A stretch of DNA of 64,000 bases from Candidatus Marinacidobacterales bacterium (GCA_965237685.1 CBDEGF010000004.1:463344-527343), one strand, 5' to 3'. Counted from the stretch's first letter, positions 48,536-58,438 are shown. Program-made: numbers and translations. The notes: generated by a model not told the origin, from the sequence alone.

Positions 48536-49810
48536 TTAGTACCCGACGAGTCGCGGAAGAAAGAGCACGACTTCAGGGAAGAAGGCGATGACAATTGTAA
48601 AGGCGAACAAGAGTAGGAGATAGGGAATGATTGGTCGGGCGACCTCCGCGGGGGAAACCTGGCCCACCGAGCAAGCCACCAATAAGCTCACGCCGACCGG
48701 CGGCAGGAAAACCGAGATCCCTTGCGTCGCTACGATGACGGTGCCGTAGTGAACCGGGTCGATGCCCAGTTGTTTCGCAATGGGCAATAGAATCGGGGTT
48801 AGCATGACGACGGCTGGAACCCCCTCCAAGATTGCGCCCAACGGTATGAAAACGAGAATGGTAAGAATGAGAAAACCCACCTCTCCTCCGCCCAAGTCGA
48901 CCAGAATGGCGGCCAGATTCTGGGGCACTTCCTTCACCGCCAGCGTCCAGGAGAGGAGTTTTGCGGCGCCTACGACGAAGAGCACCATACCGGTGAGAAC
49001 GGCCGTGCGGACGAGCTCACGCCAGAGGCGACGGGGCGAGAGCGACCTGTAGAGGGCTCCAAGTAGTAGGGCGTATGCGACGGCGACTGCGGCCGCCTCG
49101 GTGGCGGTAAAAAGACCGAGGCGAATACCCCCAAGTACAATGACGACCAGCAATAGGGGGAGGGCGCCCGCTAATGCCGCCCTGCCCGTAGTACCCCAGG
49201 TCTCTCGAGGTCCGCGAGGCCAGCCTTGGCGTTTCGCCTGCCACCAGATTTGGCACATCAAACCGATAGCCATGAGCAAGCCGGGCACCAGACAGGCGGC
49301 AAAGAGTTTTCCAATGGAGACGTTTCCAATAACGCCGTAGATGACCATGACGATGCCGGGAGGAATCAGGATGCCCATGGCACACGAGGCGCCTACGATA
49401 GCGGTGGCACGTGCACGGCCGTATCCCTTTTCGACGAGCTGGGGGATCATGATGCCGCCAATCACCGCCGCTTGTGCCGAGGTGGACCCAGAAACGCCCG
49501 CAAAGAATGTCTCCGCTACGACCACCACCTGCCCGAGTCCGCCATGTAAATGGCCCACCAAGGAGTAGGCCAGCGTCACCAATCGTCGGCTGATGCCTCC
49601 TATATCCATGATGAGGCCGGCGAGAATGAACAGGGGGACCGCCAGCATGGGAAAGGAGTCCATGCCGGCCACAATTTGCTGGGGGATAATCACGAGGGGT
49701 ATTCCCTCGCCGAGAACAAAAGCAAAAGCGGCCGTTCCCACCAGTGCGAAGCCGATAGGGATGCTCAGGAGCACCAGCACGATGAAAGCGACAAAAAGAA
49801 GTACAGCCAT
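48536..49810 (-). CDS. dctM: TRAP transporter large permease
   Basis: Start taken at ATG 49810 (MAVLLFVAFIVLVLLSIPIGFALVG), overlapping the dctQ stop. The protein is polytopic and DctM-like throughout. The upstream 110 aa of the track ORF is read-through. Confidence 0.85.
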   Translation of the reverse strand: MAVLLFVAFIVLVLLSIPIGFALVGTAAFAFVLGEGIPLVIIPQQIVAGMDSFPMLAVPLFILAGLIMDIGGISRRLVTLAYSLVGHLHGGLGQVVVVAETFFAGVSGSTSAQAAVIGGIMIPQLVEKGYGRARATAIVGASCAMGILIPPGIVMVIYGVIGNVSIGKLFAACLVPGLLMAIGLMCQIWWQAKRQGWPRGPRETWGTTGRAALAGALPLLLVVIVLGGIRLGLFTATEAAAVAVAYALLLGALYRSLSPRRLWRELVRTAVLTGMVLFVVGAAKLLSWTLAVKEVPQNLAAILVDLGGGEVGFLILTILVFIPLGAILEGVPAVVMLTPILLPIAKQLGIDPVHYGTVIVATQGISVFLPPVGVSLLVACSVGQVSPAEVARPIIPYLLLLFAFTIVIAFFPEVVLFLPRLVGY

Positions 49811-50310
49811 CAGTGACTCTTTCCCTCCTGGCCCTCTTGTTCGGGAAGCGCGGCGCCGAGACGTGCCGCCAAATGTAACAGCATGAGAATCCCGGCCACC
49901 GGTACCGAGGCGTATACCCACGCAAGCGGCAGATCCAACGCCGCTGAACGCTGGCCGTGGGCCAGATGCACAAGCCCAAAGCCCAGGATGATGAGGCCGA
50001 AAGCCGCGGCCGCGACGATGCCGGCGCCGCAGCGGTAGGCCCAGATTCGCGGACGACGAGGGAGCTTGGTTACCGCCAGATCGAAAGTAAAGTGACTCTG
50101 AGACTCCAGGGCGAGCGAGGCGCCGATCATGGATAGCCAAATGAAACAGAATCTCGACAACTCTTCGCTCCAGGGATTTGGCCGCTCGAACAGATAACGC
50201 ATGATGACCTGAAGCAGTACCACCGCGAAGACGGCGAGCACGAGGCTTCCGGCAACTGCTTTCTCGAGCGCAACCATCCAGCGGTTGAGACGTCTCACTA
50301 ACAGCAACAC
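49810..50310 (-). CDS. dctQ: TRAP transporter small permease
   Basis: LLLVRRLNRWMVALEKAVAGSLVLAVFAVVLLQVIMRYLF is DctQ-like. GTG 50310 is preferred (GGAG 7 nt upstream); ATG 50277 is the alternative. Confidence 0.75.
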   Translation of the reverse strand: MLLLVRRLNRWMVALEKAVAGSLVLAVFAVVLLQVIMRYLFERPNPWSEELSRFCFIWLSMIGASLALESQSHFTFDLAVTKLPRRPRIWAYRCGAGIVAAAAFGLIILGFGLVHLAHGQRSAALDLPLAWVYASVPVAGILMLLHLAARLGAALPEQEGQEGKSH

Positions 50311-50539
50311 TGGTGTTCTCCGCTTTCCATAGAGAGGGGATGTCCCAGCCCTTGTTGAAAATGGAGTAGCAGCGGCTCCTTGGCCGGCCTCAAAATAGGT
50401 CGTGCCAAACAACCAGTCTCCCAAGGGGACAAGGAGCCGCTGATGAGTAAGAAATCAAAGAAAAGGGTCAGAAATCAAGTGCGAACCGGTACGGAGTCGG
50501 GAGTTGTTCACCGTCTGGGTCAGATGTTGCTTCCGAGCA

Positions 50540-51964
50540 TTAGCTTTCGAGGTTTGGCACCTGCCATCGTTTGCGGCGAAGCAGCTCACCGCTGCCGGGC
50601 TCACCCGTGATCCGACCATTCTCGTACACGATTTCACCGCGACGGATCGTAATCCGGGGCCAGCCGGTCGCTTCCTGGCCAGCGTGGATGGAGAAGCCGG
50701 TGTTAGAGAGCATATCTTCGTCTCGAATCGTTCGAGTCTCGTCCGGATCCCAGACAACCAGATCGGCATCGGAGCCGACCGCGATCGTGCCTTTTCGAGG
50801 GTAGAGGCCGAACAGCTTCGCCGGATTCGTTGCGGTCACGGCGACGAACTGTTCTTCCGTGATTCTTCCCGTCCGGACCCCTTCCGAATAAAGCATCGGT
50901 CGGATCACCTGCAGGTTGGGTATGCCGGGCCGGTGGTTGGTCACCGTCTGCGAGGGGTCGAGTTTTTGCTCTTTCGTATATGGAACGTGGTCCGTTCCGA
51001 CGACGTGGATCGTTCCAGCAGCGATTCCCTCCCAGAGAGCATCCTGGTCCCTCTTTTCGCGCAACGGGGGGTGGTGGACATACAGTCCCCGATTCGGTCC
51101 CTCGAGGTTGTCCCGTGTGAGATGCAAGTAGATCCCGAGCGCTTTGACATAAACCGGCAACCCACGGGCCTTGGCTTCCTCGGCGACACGCAACGCCCGT
51201 TCCGCTGACAGATGCACGATGTAGATTGGCGCTCCGGTCGCCTCGGCCATCGCCACCGCGCGGTGTGTGGCGATCACTTCGGCCAGGACGGGCCGGCTGT
51301 CGGAAAAGTAGCGGAGCGAGCCACGGCCTGTGTCTATCAGACGCTCCTGCGTATGCGCGAGGATCGCGGCATCTTCGCAATGCATCATCGTCAGAACTCC
51401 CGCTTCGCCGGCCGCGGCCATGGTCGCCAGGTAAGCCCGGCTTTTCTGGTCGAATTCCGTACGGCTCATGAAAACCTTGACACTCGTCTGTCCGAGCTCC
51501 GGCAACGATGCTATCTGCGCCTGCTGGTCGTCCGGATTGTTGATGCCCGGATGGAGCATGACGTCGGCGATGGCCTGGGCCCGCACCAGCTCAGCCTGGC
51601 GCTCGACGCCCTGCGCGAGACTTTCTCCTGATTGCGGAAACGCGAGGCTGGAAATCGTCGTGATCCCACCGGCGAGCGCCGCCGCGGAGCCGCTGGTGTA
51701 ATCATCGGCCCGGTCGATGTGGACGTGGGGGTCGCCCCCCCCGGGCAAAACGAGTAGCCCGGTGGCGTCGATCTCCCGAGCGCCGCCAGAGCCAGCCAGA
51801 TTCGGCGCGATTTCGACGATGACACCGTCACGAACCCGAATATCGCCTTCGAAACGTCCGTCAGAGGTCACGATGACCCCGTTACGGATGATCAGCTCGG
51901 CTGGCTGTTGGGCCGCGGCGCCAACCTGCCATGCCAGGCACAACACGATGACAAACGACACCAA
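50540..51964 (-). CDS. Cyclic amidohydrolase (dihydropyrimidinase / D-hydantoinase-like) with an N-terminal export signal; start codon problematic
   Basis: GGGDPHVH, SVKVFM, MMHCED and GTDHVP are cyclic-amidohydrolase metal-site motifs. The hydrophobic N-terminus VSFVIVLCLAWQVGAAAQQ looks like a signal peptide. The only in-frame starts are TTG 51964 and GTG 51961. A canonical RBS plus ATG at 51990 is one nucleotide out of frame across a T8 run. Confidence 0.75.
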   Translation of the reverse strand: MVSFVIVLCLAWQVGAAAQQPAELIIRNGVIVTSDGRFEGDIRVRDGVIVEIAPNLAGSGGAREIDATGLLVLPGGGDPHVHIDRADDYTSGSAAALAGGITTISSLAFPQSGESLAQGVERQAELVRAQAIADVMLHPGINNPDDQQAQIASLPELGQTSVKVFMSRTEFDQKSRAYLATMAAAGEAGVLTMMHCEDAAILAHTQERLIDTGRGSLRYFSDSRPVLAEVIATHRAVAMAEATGAPIYIVHLSAERALRVAEEAKARGLPVYVKALGIYLHLTRDNLEGPNRGLYVHHPPLREKRDQDALWEGIAAGTIHVVGTDHVPYTKEQKLDPSQTVTNHRPGIPNLQVIRPMLYSEGVRTGRITEEQFVAVTATNPAKLFGLYPRKGTIAVGSDADLVVWDPDETRTIRDEDMLSNTGFSIHAGQEATGWPRITIRRGEIVYENGRITGEPGSGELLRRKRWQVPNLES

Positions 51965-52140
51965 TCGAGGATGTTTTTTTTCGAGTGCATCCTTCTTCTC
52001 CTCACGAACCTTTTCTCAGGCAGGAAGTCGCTCACATCACGGCTTCCCGAAAGTCTTGATTTTCATGCCGCGACGAACGGCGCGCTCTCGGTTTTCCATA
52101 GCTGGTTGACCGCCACGCTTCGTAGGAGGCTCCGTGGCTT

Positions 52141-52710
52141 AGGGCCTCGGCAAAAATAAGTTCACATTTTCGGGCGTCGAGGCACCCGTCTGGCAAGGCA
52201 CGAGGAGTGAATAATATCTAGATATATGAGCATCATTCCAGTTCGGCCGCTGACGCGGCCTAGTGCTCGAACCCACTGATCCTGGCGGTGAAGTCCGACG
52301 CCATTTTTGGTGCTGACAAGGCGCTCCGACGAAGTCATATCTAGATATTTCGAGCCGCCTTCCGCAGCGAGCCTGTCCGCCTCCGCCAAGGCTACGGCGG
52401 ACCCGCCGAAGCTTCACGCGAAGGCGGGTCGAGCGGAGGGCTAGGCCGGAGGCCGAACTGCAACCAATGCAGCAACGCCGTCAGCGCCGAAAAAGTCAAG
52501 CTCGTCCACCGTGCTAAGGGCCCTGGCAAGAATAACTTCCCATTTTGGGGCGCCGATCCATCCCGTCTGGCTGCGTTGCTCGCCGCCTTCCGCAGCGTTC
52601 GACTTCGCCAAGGCTTCGTCGGGACCTCGCCGAAGCCCGAAGGGCGGAGGCGGGAGCCTGTCGAGCGGAGGGCTAGTGCTCGAGCCCGCTAATCCTGCCG
52701 TGAATTCCTG
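52141..52710. repeat. Mosaic of at least three partial MITE copies with embedded REP-like units
   Basis: MITE ends occur at 52260 and 52673 (both in the same orientation). Cores are at 52337-52348 (ATATCTAGATAT) and, degenerate, at 52214-52226. A REP-like unit at 52377-52430 is inserted within a long-form MITE, and a second REP variant lies at about 52590-52670. The module AGGGCCyyGGCAArAATAAsTTCmCATTTTsGGGCG is repeated at 52141 and 52517. Confidence 0.7.
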
Positions 52711-52784
52711 GCCCTTCGATCGCGGGGAGAATGCGATGCTACGCGTGGGTTATTTTGGAAAATCAAGCTCTTTCGAGCTGAAAG

Positions 52785-55171
52785 TTGAAGCAATTCACTT
52801 TTGCGTTTCTGGGCGCTGCGCTTCTGTGTCTGGGCCTGGCTTCTGGCGGACCTGCCCGAGCAGCAGCGCCAGCCGTGACCGGCGGGCAGGCGGCGGGCAC
52901 TTTCTCGCCCGAATCGCAGAGTGCGGTGATCCGTGAGTATTGCCTTCTCTGCCACAGCGACACATTGAAGACGGGAGGCCTGACTCTCGAGTCGTTCGAT
53001 GTGGCCGACGCCGACCAGAACGCCGAAGTGGCGGAGAAGGTCATACGCAAACTGCAGGCTGGCATGATGCCTCCTAATTACGCGCCGCAGCCGGAAGCCG
53101 GGACCCAGGAGGCCCTCGCTCGGTCGCTGGCAGCGCGGATCGACGAGGCGGCCGCCGCCAGCCCGAATCCCGGCAGACGGACCTTCCGCGCTCGACGTGG
53201 ATGTCGCGGCGTTTCTGCCGCCCGACACGGTGAGCCACAGTTTCGACAACATTGCCGATGTCCAGACCATGTCTGCGACTCTGATGGATGGATATATGCG
53301 CGGGGCCCGCACCATCAGCCGGCTGGCGGTGGGCGATCTGCAGGCGGGCCCGGCCGAGACGACCTACACAGTCCCGCGGACGGCCTCGCAAATGGAGCAC
53401 GTCGAAGGTGCGCCGATGGGAACGCGCGGCGGGCTCTCCGTCGTCCACAACTTCCCGGCGGATGGCCAGTACATCTTCAAAATACAGCTCCATGGAACAC
53501 CAGAGGGCGTGCTCTTCGGGTTAACGGCGGGCAGCACCGAGCAGATCGAGGTCTCCATAAACGGAGAGCGGTTGGCTCTTTTGGATATCGACCCGTTGAT
53601 GTCGGAGACGGACACCAACGGCTTGATCCTGCAAGCCGGTCCCGTCACCGGTGAAAGCAGGTTCGCAGCGGGTGTCCGCTGCCTTCATTCAAAGATTCCT
53701 GGGACCGGGCGACGATCTGATCGCTCCGATCGAGCACACTCTTGCCGACGCCACGATCGGCAGGGCGTTTGGTATTACGTCCCTGCCCCACCTGGCGTTC
53801 TTCGGCGTCAACGGCCCTTACAACGAGACGGGGGTGTCGGATACGCCGAGCCGCCGCCAGATCTTTACCTGCCGGCCGACTTCCGCGGCCGACGAGCGGC
53901 CTTGCGAGAGAGAGATCGTTTCTCGACTGGCGCGCCAGGCGTACCGGAGACCGGTGAACGAGTCGAATCTCGAAGGCCTGATGTCGTTCTACGAGGCCGG
54001 TGTAAGGGAAGGAAACTTCGAGACTGGAATCCGGTTGGCTTTGCAGGCGATTCTGGCAAGCCCCCACTTCGTGCTCCGAATCGAGCAGGGCTCGCGCGGT
54101 GCGGACCCCAGCGGGATCTATCGCGTCAGCGAGCTGGAGCTGGCGTCCCGGCTGTCGTATTTCCTGTGGGCCAGCGCTCCGGACGCCGAGCTGGTGACGC
54201 TCGCCATTCAGGGGGCACTGCAGGATCCGGCGGTGCTCGAGAAGCAAGTAGAGCGGATGCTGGCCGACCCGCGCTCGGAGGCACTGGCCACGAGATTCGC
54301 CGCCCAGTGGCTGCGTTTGCACGACCTGGAGGGGTTACACCCGGATGCGTTGCGGTATCCGCAATACGACCAGAAGCTAGCCGAGGCCTTGCGGCGTGAG
54401 ACGGAGTTGTTCTTCGACAATCTCATTCGAGAAGACCGGAGCGTCCTCGAGCTGCTGAGCGCCGACTACACCTTTGTCAACGAGCGTGTTGCCAGGCACT
54501 ACGGGATTCCGAATGTCACCGGACACCGATTCCGGCGCGTTGCGCTCGAAGGCGAGAATCGGAGAGGCTTGCTGGGCCACGGCAGTATTCTGACGCTGAC
54601 GTCCGTCGCCAACAGGACCTCTCCGGTGCAGCGAGGCAAGTGGGTCCTGGAAGTCCTCCTCGGGAGCCCGCCGCCGCCGCCCAACGTGCCGGAGCTCGAG
54701 GAAACCGAAGCCGCTGCGGCTGGCAAGTTGCTCTCGGTGCGGGAGCGGATGGAAGAGCATCGCTCGAATCCCGCCTGCCAATCCTGTCACGATGTGATCG
54801 ACCCGCTCGGCTTGGCGCTCGAGAACTTCGACGTGACCGGCGCGTGGCGCATCAAGGACAACGGGGTTGCCATCGATGCTACCGGCCAGCTTTATGACGG
54901 AACGCAGATGGACGGTCCAGCCGGCTTGCGGCAGGCTCTTCTGAACCGTTCCGACACTTTTATCACGAGCTTCACCGAAAGCCTCATGACCTATGCCCTG
55001 GGCCGGAGGGTCGAGTACTACGACATGCGCGCGATCGCTCGGGAGGCCGCACAGAATGGCAACCGCATCTCCTCTTTCATTTTTGGCGTCGTGAAAAGCG
55101 CGGCGTTCCAGATGAGGAAGGCGGAAAACATCGAAGAGATCACGGAGGTGGGTGAATCGGGTCTGCGTTAG
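52785..55171 (+). pseudogene. DUF1592/DUF1588/DUF1585-type protein with an N-terminal CxxCH (Planctomycete-type cytochrome c) motif, two frame disruptions
   Basis: ORF 52785 has a signal peptide and REYCLLCHSDTLKTGGLTLESF. The frame changes near 53185-53200, where NPGRRTF joins ALDVDVAAFLPPDT and the usual ~15-aa RLNR..Y...DLL block seems absent. It changes again near 53645-53655 (LILQAGPVT / KAGSQRVSAAFIQRF). The last piece, 53651-55171, carries the conserved DUF1592/1588/1585 blocks (LASRLSYFLWAS, FAAQWL, DYTFVNERLARHYG, RGKWVLE, CQSCH). Confidence 0.7.
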
Positions 55172-55202
55172 ATATGAGCAGACTCCAGAAAGTACAAACA
55201 GA

Positions 55203-56576
55203 ATGTATTTCACCAATAAGCATATTTCTCGCCGTACGGTCCTTCGGGGCATGGGCACGACGGTGGCACTGCCGTTCCTGGAAGCCATGGTGCCGGTCCG
55301 GAGCGCGTTTGCCAAGCCGACCGCTGAGCCAGCTCGCCTGGTGTGCATCGAAATGGTCCACGGTTCGGCCGGCAGCACCAACTACGGGATAGAGAAGAAC
55401 CTGTGGGCGCCGGCGGCCGAAGGCAGTGAGTTCGATCTCACGCCGAGCAGCTTGAGTTCGCTCGAGCCCTTTCGGGATTACCTGACGATCGTCAGCAACA
55501 CGGATGTACGCAACGCTGAGGCCTTCGCGCTGCCCGAGATAGGCGGCGACCACTTCCGCTCGAGCGCGGTGTTCCTCACCCAGGCCCACCCGAAGCAGAC
55601 CGAAGGCTCGGACCACCACGTTGGGGCGTCGATGGATCAGCTCTACGCCCAGCGCTTCGGCCAGGACACGCCCATCCCGTCGATGCAGCTCGCGATCGAG
55701 AACGTGAACCAGGCGGGCGGATGTCAGTACGGTTATTCTTGTACTTACACGGATACGATCAGCTGGGCGTCGCCGACCGACCCGCTTCCGATGATCCGGA
55801 ACCCCCGCGTCGTCTTCGACCAGATGTTCGGCTCCGGCGGAACGCCGGAAGAGCGGGCCGCGCGGCGGCGGACCGATCGCAGCATTCTCGATTGGATCAC
55901 CAACGAGGTGGCCAGTTTGAAGAACAACCTGGAGCCGAGCGATCGTAACCGGCTCGACGACTACCTCGAAAACATTCGTGAGATCGAGCGGCGAATCCAG
56001 AGGATCGAGGCACAAAACGCGAGCGGCGAGGAGAGAGAGTTGCCGGATGCACCCATCGGCGTGCCGGACTCGTTCGACGAGCACGTCAAGTTGATGTTCG
56101 ACCTGCAGGCGGCGGCGTTCGCGTCCGACATTACCCGCGTGTTCTCGTTCAAGATGGCGTGTGACGTCTCGGGTCGCGTCTTTCCGGAGTGCGGTGTCAA
56201 CACAGGGTTCCACCCTGCCTCGCATCACGGCGAGCGAGAGGAGCGGATCGAGGAGTTCGCGACGATCAACCGGTACCACGTCAGCACCATCCTGTACTTC
56301 CTCAAGAGGCTCCGCGACACGCCCGAGGGCGACTCGAATCTCCTGGAAAAGTCTCTGATCCTCTACGGCTCCCCCATGGGCAACCCGCATGTTCACAACC
56401 ACAAGCGGTGTCCCCTGTTTTTGGCCGGCCACGGCAATGGCCAGTTCAAGGGCAATCTCCACGTCAAAGCTGCAGATGGAACGCCGATGGCGAACACGAT
56501 GTTGACCGTGCTGCGCCGACTCGGGCTCGACGAGCTCGCGAGCTTTGGCGACAGTACGGGGGAGACGGCGATCTGA
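55203..56576 (+). CDS. DUF1552-family protein with Tat signal (usual partner of DUF1592 proteins)
   Basis: MYFTNKHISRRTVLRGMGTTVALPFLEAM has a twin-arginine motif, and the protein looks DUF1552-like throughout. Start chosen at ATG 55203. Confidence 0.8.
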   Translation: MYFTNKHISRRTVLRGMGTTVALPFLEAMVPVRSAFAKPTAEPARLVCIEMVHGSAGSTNYGIEKNLWAPAAEGSEFDLTPSSLSSLEPFRDYLTIVSNTDVRNAEAFALPEIGGDHFRSSAVFLTQAHPKQTEGSDHHVGASMDQLYAQRFGQDTPIPSMQLAIENVNQAGGCQYGYSCTYTDTISWASPTDPLPMIRNPRVVFDQMFGSGGTPEERAARRRTDRSILDWITNEVASLKNNLEPSDRNRLDDYLENIREIERRIQRIEAQNASGEERELPDAPIGVPDSFDEHVKLMFDLQAAAFASDITRVFSFKMACDVSGRVFPECGVNTGFHPASHHGEREERIEEFATINRYHVSTILYFLKRLRDTPEGDSNLLEKSLILYGSPMGNPHVHNHKRCPLFLAGHGNGQFKGNLHVKAADGTPMANTMLTVLRRLGLDELASFGDSTGETAI

Positions 56577-56599
56577 CAGAGAGGTCAGTGGAGCGACTC

Positions 56600-58438
56600 A
56601 TGTTGGGAAAGAAAACAGGAAACGGCCCTGGTGCGCGCGTGATTGGCGTTGCATGCCTGACGGCGGTGCTCGCGGCAGCACCCCATGACTCCCCAGGCGC
56701 CCCAGGTACCCCTACCCCAGGTACTGATGACTCCCCAATTGCCTCTGCGGCCATGCGGGGTGAGCGAGACACGGTGCGAACACTTCTGAAGCAGGGCGTC
56801 GATGTGAATGCGGCCCAAGGTGACGGCATGACGACCCTGCACTGGGCGGCAATGAATGAAGACGTCGAAATGGCCGAGATGCTGCTTTACGCCGGGGCCA
56901 ACGTCAAAGTCGCGACGCGTCTTGGCACCTACACTCCTTTGCTACTGGCCAGCAAGACCGGCAATGCGTTGATGGTCCAGATGCTCCTGAAGGCTTCGGC
57001 CGACGCCAACTCCACTACCACCATGGGAACAACCCCTCTCATGCTGGCGGCGGTCTCGGGGAGCGCCGATGCCGTCAGGGTCCTCCTGGATCACGGTGCG
57101 GAGGTGAATGCGACGGAGGTGAAAGGACGGACGGCGTTGATGTTCGCGGCGGTCTACAATCGTTTCGCAGCGATCGACGTACTCATGGAGCACGGTGCGG
57201 AGGCCACCCTTGCATCGAACGTGGTGAACGTGGCCGCACTGGAAGATGCGCACGAGGCGGCTCGTCGTGAACGTGAGGAGGAGCGCCAAGCCGCAGCACG
57301 GGCGACAGAGGCCCAGGGGGTAGCACGGAACGAAGGGGAGAAACCGGCTGCGGGTGGCCCGAAGATCTTCTCCGCGCTCTTCGGGTGGCTCCGGAGCGCT
57401 GGCGAGAAGAAGGAGCAGCAGGGCCGCCAGGCTCCGGTGTTCTATCGGGAAACATTTGGTGGGCTCGTCGGCAACCAGGGCGGTATGACCGCCCTTCTCC
57501 TCGCGGCTCGTCAAGGCCACCAGGAGGCGGTGGGATCCCTTCTCGAAGGGGGCGGCAGTGTCAACGAGGTGAGCGCCGGGGACAAGACCAGCCCCATGCT
57601 CATTGCCACCATCAACGGTCACTTCGACGTGGCCAGGTTCCTGCTCGATCACGGTGCGGATCCGAACCTTGCCAGCGAGATCAATGGGGCCACGCCGCTC
57701 TACGGTGCCTTGAACGTGCAGTGGGCGCCCAAGACGTTCTATCCGCAGCCCAGAGCCTATTTGCAGCAGAAGATCTCGTACCTGGATCTGATGCAAGCGC
57801 TACTGGAGGCGGGAGCGGACCCGAACACTCGTCTGACGAAGAAGGTGTGGTACTCGGGATACAACCGCGACAAGTCGAGTATAGACGAACAAGGCGCGAC
57901 GCCGTTCTGGCGCGCCGCCTATGCCGCCGACGTCGACGCCATGCGCCTGCTGGTGGCGCACGGTGCAGATCCGAACATCCCCACCAGGAATCCGCGGCCA
58001 CGGCGCCGAACCGCGGACCAGGAGTCGGAGGATCCCTCCGGGCTGCCTCCGGTTCCAGTCGGCGGGCCGTCGGTGACGCCGCTGAATGCGGCCGCGGGCG
58101 TGGGCTACGACAAGGGCTTCTCCGCGAACTCCCATCGGTTCGCTCCGGGAGGCCAGCTCCTGGCGGTCAAATACCTCGTCGAGGAGCATGGCGCCGACGT
58201 GAACGCGGCGGACCATGAGGGCTACCGACCGCTCCACCACGCCGCCGCCAGGGGAGACAATGAGATGATCACTTATCTCGTGTCGAAGGGTGCCGATGTC
58301 ACCGTGGTGAGCCGGAGGGGGCAGACCACCGCGGACATGGCAAACGGCCCCGCGCAGCGTATCCCACCATTCCCCGAGACCGTGGCCCTGCTGATGAAGC
58401 TAGGCTCGAAGAACTCGAACAAGTGTGTGTCGTGTTGA
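56600..58438 (+). CDS. Secreted ankyrin-repeat protein (~612 aa, about 9-10 ANK repeats) ending in a polybasic CaaX-like tail
   Basis: GGAG lies 6 nt before ATG 56600, and the signal-like N-terminus is MLGKKTGNGPGARVIGVACLTAVLAAA. ANK repeats include GMTTLHWAAMNEDVEMAEMLLYAGANVN-type, TPLMLAAVSGSADAVRVLLDHGAEVN, MTALLLAARQGHQEAVGSLLEGGGSVN and RPLHHAAARGDNEMITYLVSKGADV. A charged ~100-aa linker lies between them, and the C-terminus is KLGSKNSNKCVSC*. Confidence 0.8.
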   Translation: MLGKKTGNGPGARVIGVACLTAVLAAAPHDSPGAPGTPTPGTDDSPIASAAMRGERDTVRTLLKQGVDVNAAQGDGMTTLHWAAMNEDVEMAEMLLYAGANVKVATRLGTYTPLLLASKTGNALMVQMLLKASADANSTTTMGTTPLMLAAVSGSADAVRVLLDHGAEVNATEVKGRTALMFAAVYNRFAAIDVLMEHGAEATLASNVVNVAALEDAHEAARREREEERQAAARATEAQGVARNEGEKPAAGGPKIFSALFGWLRSAGEKKEQQGRQAPVFYRETFGGLVGNQGGMTALLLAARQGHQEAVGSLLEGGGSVNEVSAGDKTSPMLIATINGHFDVARFLLDHGADPNLASEINGATPLYGALNVQWAPKTFYPQPRAYLQQKISYLDLMQALLEAGADPNTRLTKKVWYSGYNRDKSSIDEQGATPFWRAAYAADVDAMRLLVAHGADPNIPTRNPRPRRRTADQESEDPSGLPPVPVGGPSVTPLNAAAGVGYDKGFSANSHRFAPGGQLLAVKYLVEEHGADVNAADHEGYRPLHHAAARGDNEMITYLVSKGADVTVVSRRGQTTADMANGPAQRIPPFPETVALLMKLGSKNSNKCVSC

